A stretch of DNA of 64,000 bases, taken from a virus. The position numbers and the translations under genes are program-made. This document shows positions 44,770 to 55,046 of the stretch, piece after piece; position 1 is the stretch's first letter, and each line of letters starts with the position of its first letter. The notes below the pieces were generated by a model. That model made no database searches, had not been told where the DNA came from, and worked only from the letters and a program-made list of their open reading frames with translations. The stretch covers positions 1 through 64,000 of IMG/VR virus record IMGVR_UViG_3300014838_000019; one strand, 5' to 3'.

Positions 44770-47307
44770 ATGCCAGTCGTCTTCAACCCACCAACAGGTT
44801 CTGCATCAGGATCATTATCAGGTTCTGCATCAGGATCATTATCAGGATCGATATCAAGTTCCTACACCGGTTCCGCTCATTCCGTCCATGTAATAGCACA
44901 AAATGTAAACTATGGATATGCAGTCGCAACATATGGTGACTATGTTGTGGTTGGGAATCCTGATTTTTTACCATATGACCAATCGACTGGAAGTTTTCAT
45001 ACGGGGTCGGTTGATGTTTTTCTTTACAACAAATCTACAGATGAACATGATTATGTAGGAAGTATTGTCCAACTTTGGAGAGACGTTGATGTTATAATGA
45101 CTACGGAAGCCAATAATTCTCCGTCGGCTTTCACACCAATATCAACCGAAAGTTCGTCCCTAACCTCCTATCCTGAGTATGATATTGTTATAGATAAAAA
45201 TCTATATGAATACTCCATCGAAAATGGATATGGTACTTCCCTTGATATGTATAAAACATATTTAGTAGTGGGAAACCCGTATGATAAAGAAATTACTCAG
45301 ACTCAAGCGGGTGTATTCGTATCTTCTTCTTGGTCGATGGTAGATATTTATGATTTGTCCAAGATAGCTTGGCCATTATTAAGTTCAAGTGCGGCTCTTT
45401 TTACAATTGATGACCCTGATTTGACCACTGATTTTGGATTCACGGGATCATTTGGAACCTCCGTATCCATCAACGCCGAATGGGTTGCTGTTGGAGCACC
45501 ACGTCACAATGGATCGAATGGATTGGTTTATATCTATCAAAATCAATCCATAGGAAATAATTACTCGTGGTCGTTATTTCAAACACTTCAACCTCCGGCA
45601 TCTGCCGTATCCCAATCTGAATTTGGATACAAATTAAAGCTGAATAAATATGATGGTCCTCATAGTAATAGTCTTATAGTAGGGTGTGGAAATCCAATGG
45701 CATCGGTAGCATATTATTTCGAGTTTATTAATAATGTATGGACTCAAACCTTTGTTTTCCAACCAGACATGAGTGTCTATCCTATGACATTCAATCCAAA
45801 TTATTATCCTCAGCCCGGTAATATCAACATGAATGTGTTCAATGGGTTTGGGATGGCAGTTGGATGTTATGGCGATGGAGTTATTATCGGAGAACCATTT
45901 GATCGAAGTTTCTACGAGTTTGCTAGTTCATCACTTTATCAACAAGGTTCAACATATATTTTTGAACGATGCATAACTGGATCGGGTTGGCAGCAAGTTT
46001 TAAAAACATATGGAACTCCTACAACATTATTTAACAATCGAATGGGATTGTCCGTTGATATGTTTGGTACAAACGGGGTATCGGGAATTCCTAAAATAAA
46101 TGAAGGTCAGGAAAATTCATGTTATATCGAAGGAACCCTAAGTCAGGTTTATCAATGTGGAACTAATTTACAAGAGATTGTCAATGGACAAGTAATGTTG
46201 CTTCAACAAAATACTCAGTCGGGACAATGGGGAGTTACTAATGTATATCAAAAAAAGAAACAGTTTTTAACTCCGTTCCGTGATTATGGGTTTGATGTTG
46301 CCGTGGCAGACGTTTCGATGGTTGTCGGTGCTCCAATGCTTGTAGCAGATAACAATCGTATTATAAATACGCCATTAACACAAAGCGGAGCATCAATGTT
46401 AGGGGATTTAATGGGTAAAGCCTACATTTACGATTTCGATACATTTAGAGATCAATTTCATGTCGGTAATGTATTTTACCGAAATGGAAAAATAATCATC
46501 ATGACCTCGGGGTCAGTGTTTGATGGTCTGTTTTATAATCCAGTAAATACTAATAATTACGAATATGACTTGGCATTCAATAGTCAGCACACGATCTACG
46601 AAAAACAGATCATCTGCACGGTTGACCCGGGTGAGTTCAACGTCAGCACCAACCCAACTGCTATCACTCAGGGCATCGCTACTTTTGACATCAATGGGAA
46701 TGGAATCTTCGACTTCCAAGACGCCGATGTTATCTTGCGATACATGCAATACAAATATACGTCGATTCTCGGAGTTCCAGTGTCAACCGATTGGAGTTCC
46801 TCTGTTGTTAATACTGTTGACGAAATAAGTTTGTATAACTATTATTTAACGAACTACAATAATATTTCAACCCCAACTTTACTTTCTCAGAGTTTGACTA
46901 CGTGGGAGACGACAAATACTGAAATGCAAACGATCCTTGATCTTAACCAAGATGGTAAGATTGACATTCGAGATATAAACATCTTGTGGAAATATTTCTC
47001 GCACCGATTGACTCAAGATAACTATTCTCTTTACATTACGCCTGCATGTTCACGCCGATTGTTCAGTGATGTAACCGATTATCTCAATGGATTGACTGGA
47101 AAATATAATACTCCATTGATTAACAATAACTTCATGGACTATGAGCGGTTGACTGCCACAGATAATACTGGGTCGTATTTAGCTCCTATGGCTACTTTGA
47201 TTGGAATTTATGATGGACTGCAACTTGTAGCATTGGGAAAACTTGGAACTCCAATTAAAATTTCCCCAGAACTTCCAATTAATTTTGTAGTCAAAATGGA
47301 CTTCTAA
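44770..47307 (+). CDS. FG-GAP beta-propeller structural protein with dockerin/EF-hand-like motifs
   Basis: Repeated (F/Y)G...V.VG(A/N)P blades; DINGNGIFDFQD and DLNQDGKIDIRD. Confidence 0.75.
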   Translation: MPVVFNPPTGSASGSLSGSASGSLSGSISSSYTGSAHSVHVIAQNVNYGYAVATYGDYVVVGNPDFLPYDQSTGSFHTGSVDVFLYNKSTDEHDYVGSIVQLWRDVDVIMTTEANNSPSAFTPISTESSSLTSYPEYDIVIDKNLYEYSIENGYGTSLDMYKTYLVVGNPYDKEITQTQAGVFVSSSWSMVDIYDLSKIAWPLLSSSAALFTIDDPDLTTDFGFTGSFGTSVSINAEWVAVGAPRHNGSNGLVYIYQNQSIGNNYSWSLFQTLQPPASAVSQSEFGYKLKLNKYDGPHSNSLIVGCGNPMASVAYYFEFINNVWTQTFVFQPDMSVYPMTFNPNYYPQPGNINMNVFNGFGMAVGCYGDGVIIGEPFDRSFYEFASSSLYQQGSTYIFERCITGSGWQQVLKTYGTPTTLFNNRMGLSVDMFGTNGVSGIPKINEGQENSCYIEGTLSQVYQCGTNLQEIVNGQVMLLQQNTQSGQWGVTNVYQKKKQFLTPFRDYGFDVAVADVSMVVGAPMLVADNNRIINTPLTQSGASMLGDLMGKAYIYDFDTFRDQFHVGNVFYRNGKIIIMTSGSVFDGLFYNPVNTNNYEYDLAFNSQHTIYEKQIICTVDPGEFNVSTNPTAITQGIATFDINGNGIFDFQDADVILRYMQYKYTSILGVPVSTDWSSSVVNTVDEISLYNYYLTNYNNISTPTLLSQSLTTWETTNTEMQTILDLNQDGKIDIRDINILWKYFSHRLTQDNYSLYITPACSRRLFSDVTDYLNGLTGKYNTPLINNNFMDYERLTATDNTGSYLAPMATLIGIYDGLQLVALGKLGTPIKISPELPINFVVKMDF

Positions 47308-47323
47308 CTGATATTTATAGGTA

Positions 47324-47449
47324 ATGATTGAATTATATCAAAATGAACAGTCGCAATGGTGCCTCAAATGCTCATGTGGAGATGCCATGGTTTATGCAAA
47401 CAAACGTGCCGCAGAAACAAATTCAACTATACCAATCCTATGCCTATAA
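47324..47449 (+). pseudogene. Possible homing-endonuclease N-terminal stub (41 aa)
   Basis: MIELYQNEQSQWCLKCSCGDAMVYANK..., lying between TATTTATA and the next ATG; resembles the W..CPxCG..Y starts at 27139 and 28969. Confidence 0.4.
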
Positions 47450-47733
47450 GTTCACCACGCCCATCACTGACGACCACCCTAGACCAGCGTTATGCAACTC
47501 AGAATGTTGGAGAGGCATTCAACGTTAAAGCCGTTCTAGGAGGACCGGGAGCCGTTCCAACCTCGGGAGAGACTATTGACGCTGTAAGTAGTAATGGACA
47601 AACTTTTCAAAGTCCGAATGGGTTTTGGGTCAGCCCGAAGTCGCAAGTGTCTCAACTTAAAGATGTTCAGTCTGGAAATAGCTCTCTATCTACCTATATT
47701 AAAGGCTTAGATACGACAAAGTATCATCCGTAA
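47440..47733 (+). CDS. Hypothetical protein
   Basis: In-frame ATG at 47440. Confidence 0.6.
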   Translation: MPISSPRPSLTTTLDQRYATQNVGEAFNVKAVLGGPGAVPTSGETIDAVSSNGQTFQSPNGFWVSPKSQVSQLKDVQSGNSSLSTYIKGLDTTKYHP

Positions 47734-47747
47734 AAAAATATTTTCAC

Positions 47748-47795
47748 AAAAACCTCCATTGCCCTATGTATATCAAACGGCAATGGAGGTTTTTT
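47748..47795. terminator. Long inverted repeat/terminator enclosing a late-promoter-like motif
   Basis: AAAAACCTCCATTGCC / GGCAATGGAGGTTTTT arms; the loop contains TATGTATA. Confidence 0.7.
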
Positions 47796-47823
47796 CATTG
47801 TCGAAAACAACGTAACAAATAAC

Positions 47824-48402
47824 ATGTCACTACAAGAAATCAAAGTTGCACGCACGGATGTTCTCAAAATTGTGCAAGAGAACAAGGAAAAACACGATGG
47901 TATCCTCAAAACAGCCATCGAAGGTTACTGGATTGATGCAGAATCGTATTTGAAGAAATTTGAGAAGGAAGAACTCGAAAAAGCTACGAAAACGCATAAG
48001 GCACAGCTAAAATCTATACGAAAAAGTCATAAAGAGTTAGTAAAGTCAATAAAATCTCGTGTTAAGGAAGACCTCACGAAAGTAGCTTCCCGAACTAAGG
48101 ATAAAGGATTTAATTACTGGCGTGGAGCATATCCAGAAGATCATGGCGATGATTATACCGGAACCATTCGTAGGTTGGAATTATGTGTTGAACCTAACAT
48201 CGACCTTAATACCAATGAGTTTGATTCCTATATCCGTAATAAATGGTCGTGGAAGGATTCATTCATCACGTCAAATCGTGGGTATGTAACTTCATTCGCT
48301 AGTGCTAATAATATGGGAATTGGAAACTATCAACCAAGCTATACTATTAGTGCATCCTATGCATCGACTGGAAGCTACCTTAACGCCTTAGCAAGGTTCT
48401 AA
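47824..48402 (+). CDS. Hypothetical protein
   Basis: 192-aa ORF; coiled-coil middle region. Confidence 0.75.
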   Translation: MSLQEIKVARTDVLKIVQENKEKHDGILKTAIEGYWIDAESYLKKFEKEELEKATKTHKAQLKSIRKSHKELVKSIKSRVKEDLTKVASRTKDKGFNYWRGAYPEDHGDDYTGTIRRLELCVEPNIDLNTNEFDSYIRNKWSWKDSFITSNRGYVTSFASANNMGIGNYQPSYTISASYASTGSYLNALARF

Positions 48403-48431
48403 AAAGTCATAAAATAAAATGTTACAATATG

Positions 48432-48458
48432 AAATGGCATCTTCGGGTGCCATTTTTT
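48432..48458 (+). terminator. Intrinsic terminator
   Basis: ATGGCATC-TTCG-GGTGCCAT + T-tract. Confidence 0.85.
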
Positions 48459-48483
48459 ATGTTTTCGACCAATACTTATAAAC

Positions 48484-49047
48484 ATGAAGCAATCAGGCGT
48501 TTATAAAATCCAAAATACTATCAATGGGAAATCTTACATAGGGAGTTCGTTTGATATTGTTGACCGATGGAATAGACACAAACGTTTATTGTCTGATGAA
48601 AAACATCATAACACTCATCTTCAAAATGCATGGCACAAATATGGCAGTGGGCAGTTTACATTTGAAGTTTTGGAGCTTGTCCCGTGTAATGAACTATTGG
48701 TAGTGGAACAGAAGTATTTGAACGATTGTAAACTTAACCCCGATTGCTATTACAATACGGTGTATGAAGCAGGAGCACCGATGAGAGGACGGGTTCCGTG
48801 GAATAAAGGGAAAGTAGGAGTTCAGGCTGCTTGGAACAAAGGGATATTATTTTCGGATGACGCAAAACGCAAAATGAGTGAAGCTGCCAAAAATAGAACC
48901 GGAAATAAAAACTCGATGTTCGGGAAAAAACACTCCGAAGAAACACGAAAAAAGTTAAAAATTGCACGACGAAGCCGACCTCCTGTTAGTATTGAGACAC
49001 GAGAAAAGATGCGTCAATCACATTTGGCTCGATGGAGGAACCAATGA
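48484..49047 (+). CDS. GIY-YIG homing endonuclease with NUMOD3
   Basis: GVY...YIGSS...R...LQNAWHKYG...EQ; GKKHSEETR. Confidence 0.9.
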   Translation: MKQSGVYKIQNTINGKSYIGSSFDIVDRWNRHKRLLSDEKHHNTHLQNAWHKYGSGQFTFEVLELVPCNELLVVEQKYLNDCKLNPDCYYNTVYEAGAPMRGRVPWNKGKVGVQAAWNKGILFSDDAKRKMSEAAKNRTGNKNSMFGKKHSEETRKKLKIARRSRPPVSIETREKMRQSHLARWRNQ

Positions 49048-49538
49048 AAAGTTTAGGCTTGGACTTATCAACAACTGTATGTGGATTCGCCATTGCGGAA
49101 AACAAAATCATTTTGGATGCTGGATTTTTTGATATAAGCGATGTGGCAAAATACAAAGAAAAATCATCCATTATTATAAATGGACTTGAAGGTAAAGTTT
49201 TTGATAGAATAATCATTGAAGAAACATTGTCGGGATTTGCGTTTGGAAAAACCTCTCAACAGGTGTTATTGAAGTTGGCTAAAAACAAAGCGGTCATATC
49301 ATACATTTTGGAAGAGCATTATAAACTCTCCATTTTTTATGCCAACGCTGTGACCATGAGAAAACAATTGTTCGGAATTTCTCGAATCAAAGGAATAAAA
49401 CCAAAAGATTTTGTAAAATCAAAACTGGACGCTATGTATGATATGACACGGTGGACTACGCTCAATCGAAACGGCGTTCCAGATAAAAAGATGGAAGATG
49501 TTTATGATGCCGTAGTGATAGCGTGTTACGAACCGTAA
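49044..49538 (+). CDS. RuvC-like Holliday junction resolvase
   Basis: LGLDLS, IIIEE and DVYDAVVIA acidic motifs. Confidence 0.8.
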   Translation: MKSLGLDLSTTVCGFAIAENKIILDAGFFDISDVAKYKEKSSIIINGLEGKVFDRIIIEETLSGFAFGKTSQQVLLKLAKNKAVISYILEEHYKLSIFYANAVTMRKQLFGISRIKGIKPKDFVKSKLDAMYDMTRWTTLNRNGVPDKKMEDVYDAVVIACYEP

Positions 49539-49539
49539 T

Positions 49540-49755
49540 ATGAAAACAATCAAGATAACGTGTGACCGATGCGGGACAGTAGTTGAGGGGGTTATAAACC
49601 ATAATTCCAAGGGGGACATAGTAACTACTGGTGGATATTACATCGTTTCCGAAGGCAGTAGTTGGAACGAATATCAACGGGACGACGAAGAATACGTCTG
49701 CGACGAATGTATGCATGAAGACCCGCTCTACAAAAAGTTATACCTTCAGGAATGA
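49540..49755 (+). CDS. Small zinc-finger protein
   Basis: CDRCG...CDEC. Confidence 0.65.
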   Translation: MKTIKITCDRCGTVVEGVINHNSKGDIVTTGGYYIVSEGSSWNEYQRDDEEYVCDECMHEDPLYKKLYLQE

Positions 49756-50057
49756 GTGGCGGCTACATATACATAATATCTAATCCCGCCCATCCAAATT
49801 TTCTAAAATTTGGAATTACGGAAGACATAAAGTCCCGTTTGTCCACCTATAACACAGGCGACCCTCAACGAGCATATCGGGTGGAGTATTACATTTTCCA
49901 TCCAAAATATAAAAAGGCTGAAATGAAGATTCAAGAAATGCTCAAATACTTTGCAAAATCCCAAAAGAATGAATGGGCGGAAATTTCACTTCCAATTGCC
50001 ATATCAAGATTGGATGAGACGTTGGATGATTATAACAATGGTCCTGAGAACTATTGA
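49752..50057 (+). CDS. T5orf172/MUG113-like (GIY-YIG superfamily) protein
   Basis: GYIYII...KFGIT...RL..YNTGDP...E...NEW. Confidence 0.8.
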   Translation: MSGGYIYIISNPAHPNFLKFGITEDIKSRLSTYNTGDPQRAYRVEYYIFHPKYKKAEMKIQEMLKYFAKSQKNEWAEISLPIAISRLDETLDDYNNGPENY

Positions 50058-50061
50058 TAAC

Positions 50062-50754
50062 TTATTGTTTTGTGTTTAGGCATTTCCACCGTCTATATGA
50101 TTTGATATGCCCATTGATTAACTGTGAGAGCACTTTTCGATTAAACTGAAACCGAGTTCGCAAGTTAAACATTGTATCACTGACCACTTGGTTGGTGTCA
50201 ACATTGAATAGATTATAGACCTTCGTGTCATATGCTGAGTTTTTACTTCCATTTCGCATATTTTTATACCTCTCGATAGTTTCTTTCGAATGCTTTTTTC
50301 CATAGTTCGGGGCTAATTTTCCCACACGATTCTTTCTAAAAAACTTCATTTTGGCAATAGAGTTGTCTGAATGTCGCATTCCATAAAACCCATTCCGCTC
50401 ACCACGATTTTTGAATGATATTTTTTGACGGGACAATTCGGTTAGTTCGCCGCCCGAGGCATCAAAGCATAGGTTATAACATTTGCATTTTTCCGATTTT
50501 GCTACATCGAGATATTTCTGTTCTTCGGTTAGGAGATAATTTCTATTGACATCATGATGAAACTCTACAATTATTATGAAGTCAAAATTTTTCTCTCCAT
50601 ATTTATTCCACGCAGATTGAAGGTGGACGTTTTTATGTGATTGTTTACGCAAATCTATTCTATGATTCATCCATCGAATTGATATTCGGTTGGAACTCCC
50701 AACATAATATTTGCCATTAACTCGGTTGATAATTTTATAAATCCCACAGTTCAT
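50062..50754 (-). CDS. GIY-YIG homing endonuclease with NUMOD3 (opposite strand)
   Basis: GIY...YVGSS...LQSAWNKYGE; YGKKHSKET. Confidence 0.9.
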   Translation of the reverse strand: MNCGIYKIINRVNGKYYVGSSNRISIRWMNHRIDLRKQSHKNVHLQSAWNKYGEKNFDFIIIVEFHHDVNRNYLLTEEQKYLDVAKSEKCKCYNLCFDASGGELTELSRQKISFKNRGERNGFYGMRHSDNSIAKMKFFRKNRVGKLAPNYGKKHSKETIERYKNMRNGSKNSAYDTKVYNLFNVDTNQVVSDTMFNLRTRFQFNRKVLSQLINGHIKSYRRWKCLNTKQ

Positions 50755-50854
50755 ATCAATATTATACATATTTCCACTCGAATGTCAACCCAAACATTTC
50801 CATCATCGAATATAAAAAGTTGATAGTGAGGGCGGTATCAGTTACAATCTTGGA

Positions 50855-51808
50855 ATGCTTTTACAATCAGAACTCGTAGCTCTATTTGACCAATTGCTCG
50901 GTCAAAAGGCTCGACTCCGAAAAAATGGAGTTCAGGCAACATACCATTGCCCGTTCTGCGTTGATAAAAATCTTGCTACAAACAAGTTGGAAATAGCCGT
51001 CGGGGGTCCGAGAATCGGAAACTATCACTGTTGGCGTTGTGATTTTCGAGGAAGATCATTTGGCAGTCTCCTTTATAAACTCAAAGCCCCACAAAACTAT
51101 CGGGACGCCATCGTTAAACTTACGGGCGATATTCGGATGGTTAATTCCCATCAAGATATAGAATCAACGTATGTGTGTCTTCCACCCGAGTTTCATCCAA
51201 TGCATAAGCCTAAAAAGACTCCGGAATATAAGAATGCAATGGTGTATTTGAAACGCCGTGGTATTACACGAGAAGACATTCTTCGTTACAACATTGGATA
51301 TTGCGAATCGGGGGAATATGAAAATCATGTCATCATTCCATCGTATGATGCCAAGGGTGATTTGAACTTTTTCATTGGGCGACGTTATTACGCAGCCGAC
51401 CCCGGACTCCCCCATAAGAAACCGGAAACACCAATGAATGAGATTATCGGGTTTGAATCATTTATCAACTGGAATGAACCTCCGATTTTAGTTGAAGGTG
51501 CATTTAACGCAATCACAATTCGGCGAAATGCCATTCCACTGTTCGGAAAGTTTCCATCCAAAAAACTATATGAAACTATGCTTGAAAATCACGTTGAAAA
51601 AGTGTATATCTGCTTGGATTCAGATGCCGAACCAGATGCAATATCCATATGTAAGCGATTGCTTCGACTCGGGATAGTGCCATATATTGTAAAACTAATT
51701 GGCGGAAAAGATGCTAATGAAATTGGATTTCATAATTCGTGGCAATGCATTCGGTCAGCAGTCGAAATAGACAGCACCGAATTATTGAAATATAAATTGA
51801 AAATATGA
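50855..51808 (+). CDS. DNA primase (zinc finger + TOPRIM)
   Basis: CPFC...HCWRC zinc finger, YLKRRGI, VEGAFN, LDSDA, KDANE. Confidence 0.88.
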   Translation: MLLQSELVALFDQLLGQKARLRKNGVQATYHCPFCVDKNLATNKLEIAVGGPRIGNYHCWRCDFRGRSFGSLLYKLKAPQNYRDAIVKLTGDIRMVNSHQDIESTYVCLPPEFHPMHKPKKTPEYKNAMVYLKRRGITREDILRYNIGYCESGEYENHVIIPSYDAKGDLNFFIGRRYYAADPGLPHKKPETPMNEIIGFESFINWNEPPILVEGAFNAITIRRNAIPLFGKFPSKKLYETMLENHVEKVYICLDSDAEPDAISICKRLLRLGIVPYIVKLIGGKDANEIGFHNSWQCIRSAVEIDSTELLKYKLKI

Positions 51809-54800
51809 ATGTATTAAAAACAAATCTTAACAAAGTAACTCATATAATTCACATCGCTGATATTCATGTGAGATTAAATAAAAGAATGGATGAATATAAA
51901 GAAGTATTTAAGAAGTTATACTCAGAGGTTAAATCTTCACCCGAATCATCCGTCGTGGTGATGGTGGGAGATACATGCCACAGCAAAAACGAATTGAGTC
52001 CAGAGTGCGTTCAGTTAATATCCGAATTATTTACGAATATCGCCAACATCAGACCTCTTATTCTCGTGGCAGGAAATCACGATGCTATATTATCTAATAA
52101 AACTCGTTTGGATAGCCTCACACCTATTGTGGATGCATTAAACCACCCCAATCTACATTACCTCAAGACAACGGGATTATATGGATTCGGAAACATCCTA
52201 TTTAACAACATGTGTATATTTGATGAACCCGATAAATACATCCTCGGCAAAGATATTCCCGCAATATATCGTAATCAATATGACCATATTATCGCATTGT
52301 TTCATGGTGCCGTTGATAGAGCATCATTAGATACTGGATATGCCATTAGCAATCCGTCAATAATGCTTCCATTGTTTGATAATCATCACGCAGCATTGCT
52401 TGGCGACATACATAAAATGCAGGATATGCAGGACTATGACGGCAATAGAAACAAACCATGCGTTAGATATTGCGGCTCACTTTGCCAACAGAACCATGGG
52501 GAATCTCTTATGGGGCATGGTTATTCATTATGGGATTTATCCGATTATTCTTATCAACACCACGAACTTCCAAATGAATATGGTTATTTCACCGTGGAAA
52601 TCCACAATGGTAAATTGACTACTGATATTTCAAATTTACCCAAGTTTGTTAGACTTCGGGTCAAGTTTTACAATAGCATAGCATCAGAAGTAAAGCAGGT
52701 TGTCGCCGACATTAAAATGAAAGTGCAAGTCATAGAGACTGCATATTTTCGAATGGATCAAGACCAAGATAAGTCAAATGGCATTCCTCTTTGCAAAGAT
52801 ATTGTGCTATCTGATTTGACGAGTGTCGATTATCAATCCAAACTGCTAACCGAATTTTTATCCAAAAAATTGGAAATCAATTCCCCGCAGAAAATCGAGG
52901 ATATTTTAAAGATTAATAAGGATACAAACTCTATTATTAAAAAGGATGACTTTACTCGCAACTTAAAGTGGAAACCTATCCGTTTCGAGTGGGACAATAT
53001 GTTCACGTATGGTGAGGGAAACGTTATTGACTTCACTCAAATGAATGGTGTCTATGGTATTTTTGGACCCAACGCATCGGGAAAATCGGCAATTCTATCA
53101 TCCATGATATTCTGTCTGTTCGATAAGTTTGATCGTGGATATAAGGGATTGCACGTTTTGAATGTTCAAAAGCAATCGTTCCATTGTAAGTTTGAATTTG
53201 AAATATCCGGTGTGCGTTACTTCATTGAACGAGAAGGAAACACTACCCGCACGGGAAATGTCAAGGTCGATGTATTTTTTTGGAAGATGGTGAATGGAGT
53301 CAAGGAAGAACTCCACGGCAATGCCCGACGTAATACCAATGACATCATTCGTGACTATATAGGAACGTATGAAGATTTCATTATTACTGCCGCATCTTTT
53401 CAGACTGCCAAAAACCTTACATCATTTATTGACATGGGTAATAGTGAACGCAAAGATTTACTCGTTCAGTATATTGGACTCAACGTATTTGACCGATTGC
53501 ATGAGTCGGCTGGCGAACGAAGTAAGGAACTGACCACCATTCTAAAAACACATAAGGATAAGAACTATCAGCTTGAAATTCAACAGAATGAGAGTGCGTT
53601 ATCACACGCCAATGAATTGTTCACTGCCGCAGCCGGAGAAGCTGAGAGTTTAAAAAATCAAATCGCAGCCGTAAATGAACAAATTGTGCTTGAAACGGCA
53701 AATATAATCAAACTTGATACGAGCGTACCAACGGATTTATCCGCATTGGAATCCCGTAAAAAAACATCCGAAGAAACATTAACGGCAAAACGAAAGGTAA
53801 TTTCTGATGCCCGTGAAGTGTTAGGAGTTCAAGAAAAAATTCTTGCTGAAATCAATAAGAAAATTGAGGATATTGAGAAGTCGAAATTTGTCGAAGCTCA
53901 TAAGACTTATAAGAATCTAACAGATTCAGTTACTTCCCTCAAGCAAAAAATTGACTTGAAGAAAGTTGAAATCAAGGGGAAACTTGAGAAAGTAGCTCGT
54001 TTAGATAAACACGAGTATGATCCTAACTGCAAGTTTTGTATAAATAACTCTTTCGTTAAGGATGCAACCAAAGCCAAGAAGGAACTTGTTGATGATAAGG
54101 TAGAAGCAAATGGAATGATGGAAACATTGGCGACTCTACGAAAGGATTTGGATGATGTTAAGTGGGTGGAACACACCTATGAGACCTACACTAAGTTGCT
54201 GACCGACCGTGGAACTTCCAAAGATACATGTGCTACGGCAAGCAGAAACATCATTATTGCAACAAATGAACTGGAACGGTTGGATACTTCTGCAAAGGCG
54301 GTTGTTCAACAAATAGAAATCTATCACCGCAATGAAGTTGCCGTAGAACAGAATTCTAAGGTTCAAGCGAAGATTAATGCGTTTCGAGTGACTTTAACAA
54401 AACTCGATTCCATATTCCAAAAACAATATCAATCACTGGTGGATATTTCTGGAAAGCGTGAAATGTTCAAGACAACTATTGCGAATGTGACTAAGACTCT
54501 TGCTGACGTGACGGCAATGGAAACGGAACTTGAAAACTATCAACTCTATTTGCAGTCAGTAGGACGAGATGGATTGCCATTTCAAGTCATATGCAATACA
54601 GTCCCCGAGATTGAGAAAGAGGTAAATTCCATTCTAAGTCAAGTGGTTGATTATACCCTTCAGTTTGAAACGGATGGAAAGAACATCGTTCCTTACGTTG
54701 TCTATGAATTTGGACGTTGGCCTATCGAATTGACATCCGGATATGAACGATTTGTTGCAAGCGTAGCTATCCGTGTTGCTCTGACCAACATCTCCAACTT

Positions 54801-55008
54801 GCCCAAGACGACGTTTCTTGCCCTCGATGAAGGCTTTGGAACATTGGACCCCGATAATCTCGCATCTATGTTCACACTCTTCTCTGTTCTCAAGAACAAC
54901 TTTGACTTTGTGTTTGTAATCTCACACCTGGATGCACTCAAGGATGCGGTAGACAAACGAATCGAGATCAAACGGGAGGGTAATTTCTCCCTCGTGAAAT
55001 ACGAATAA
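51805..55008 (+). CDS. Fused SbcD/Mre11 (gp47) nuclease - SbcC/Rad50 (gp46) ATPase
   Basis: HIADIH, GD, GNHD and GDIH phosphoesterase motifs, then GPNASGKS, CKFC hook, SGYE signature, LDEGFG and ISH. Confidence 0.9.
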   Translation: MNVLKTNLNKVTHIIHIADIHVRLNKRMDEYKEVFKKLYSEVKSSPESSVVVMVGDTCHSKNELSPECVQLISELFTNIANIRPLILVAGNHDAILSNKTRLDSLTPIVDALNHPNLHYLKTTGLYGFGNILFNNMCIFDEPDKYILGKDIPAIYRNQYDHIIALFHGAVDRASLDTGYAISNPSIMLPLFDNHHAALLGDIHKMQDMQDYDGNRNKPCVRYCGSLCQQNHGESLMGHGYSLWDLSDYSYQHHELPNEYGYFTVEIHNGKLTTDISNLPKFVRLRVKFYNSIASEVKQVVADIKMKVQVIETAYFRMDQDQDKSNGIPLCKDIVLSDLTSVDYQSKLLTEFLSKKLEINSPQKIEDILKINKDTNSIIKKDDFTRNLKWKPIRFEWDNMFTYGEGNVIDFTQMNGVYGIFGPNASGKSAILSSMIFCLFDKFDRGYKGLHVLNVQKQSFHCKFEFEISGVRYFIEREGNTTRTGNVKVDVFFWKMVNGVKEELHGNARRNTNDIIRDYIGTYEDFIITAASFQTAKNLTSFIDMGNSERKDLLVQYIGLNVFDRLHESAGERSKELTTILKTHKDKNYQLEIQQNESALSHANELFTAAAGEAESLKNQIAAVNEQIVLETANIIKLDTSVPTDLSALESRKKTSEETLTAKRKVISDAREVLGVQEKILAEINKKIEDIEKSKFVEAHKTYKNLTDSVTSLKQKIDLKKVEIKGKLEKVARLDKHEYDPNCKFCINNSFVKDATKAKKELVDDKVEANGMMETLATLRKDLDDVKWVEHTYETYTKLLTDRGTSKDTCATASRNIIIATNELERLDTSAKAVVQQIEIYHRNEVAVEQNSKVQAKINAFRVTLTKLDSIFQKQYQSLVDISGKREMFKTTIANVTKTLADVTAMETELENYQLYLQSVGRDGLPFQVICNTVPEIEKEVNSILSQVVDYTLQFETDGKNIVPYVVYEFGRWPIELTSGYERFVASVAIRVALTNISNLPKTTFLALDEGFGTLDPDNLASMFTLFSVLKNNFDFVFVISHLDALKDAVDKRIEIKREGNFSLVKYE

Positions 55009-55046
55009 GGTTATATGTATAGGTGGGGCTTTTCCCCATCATACAT

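Noticed and set aside
17051-47307. Diversity-generating retroelement acting on fibre genes
   Set aside because: No reverse transcriptase and no TR/VR pair with adenine-specific mismatches was seen.
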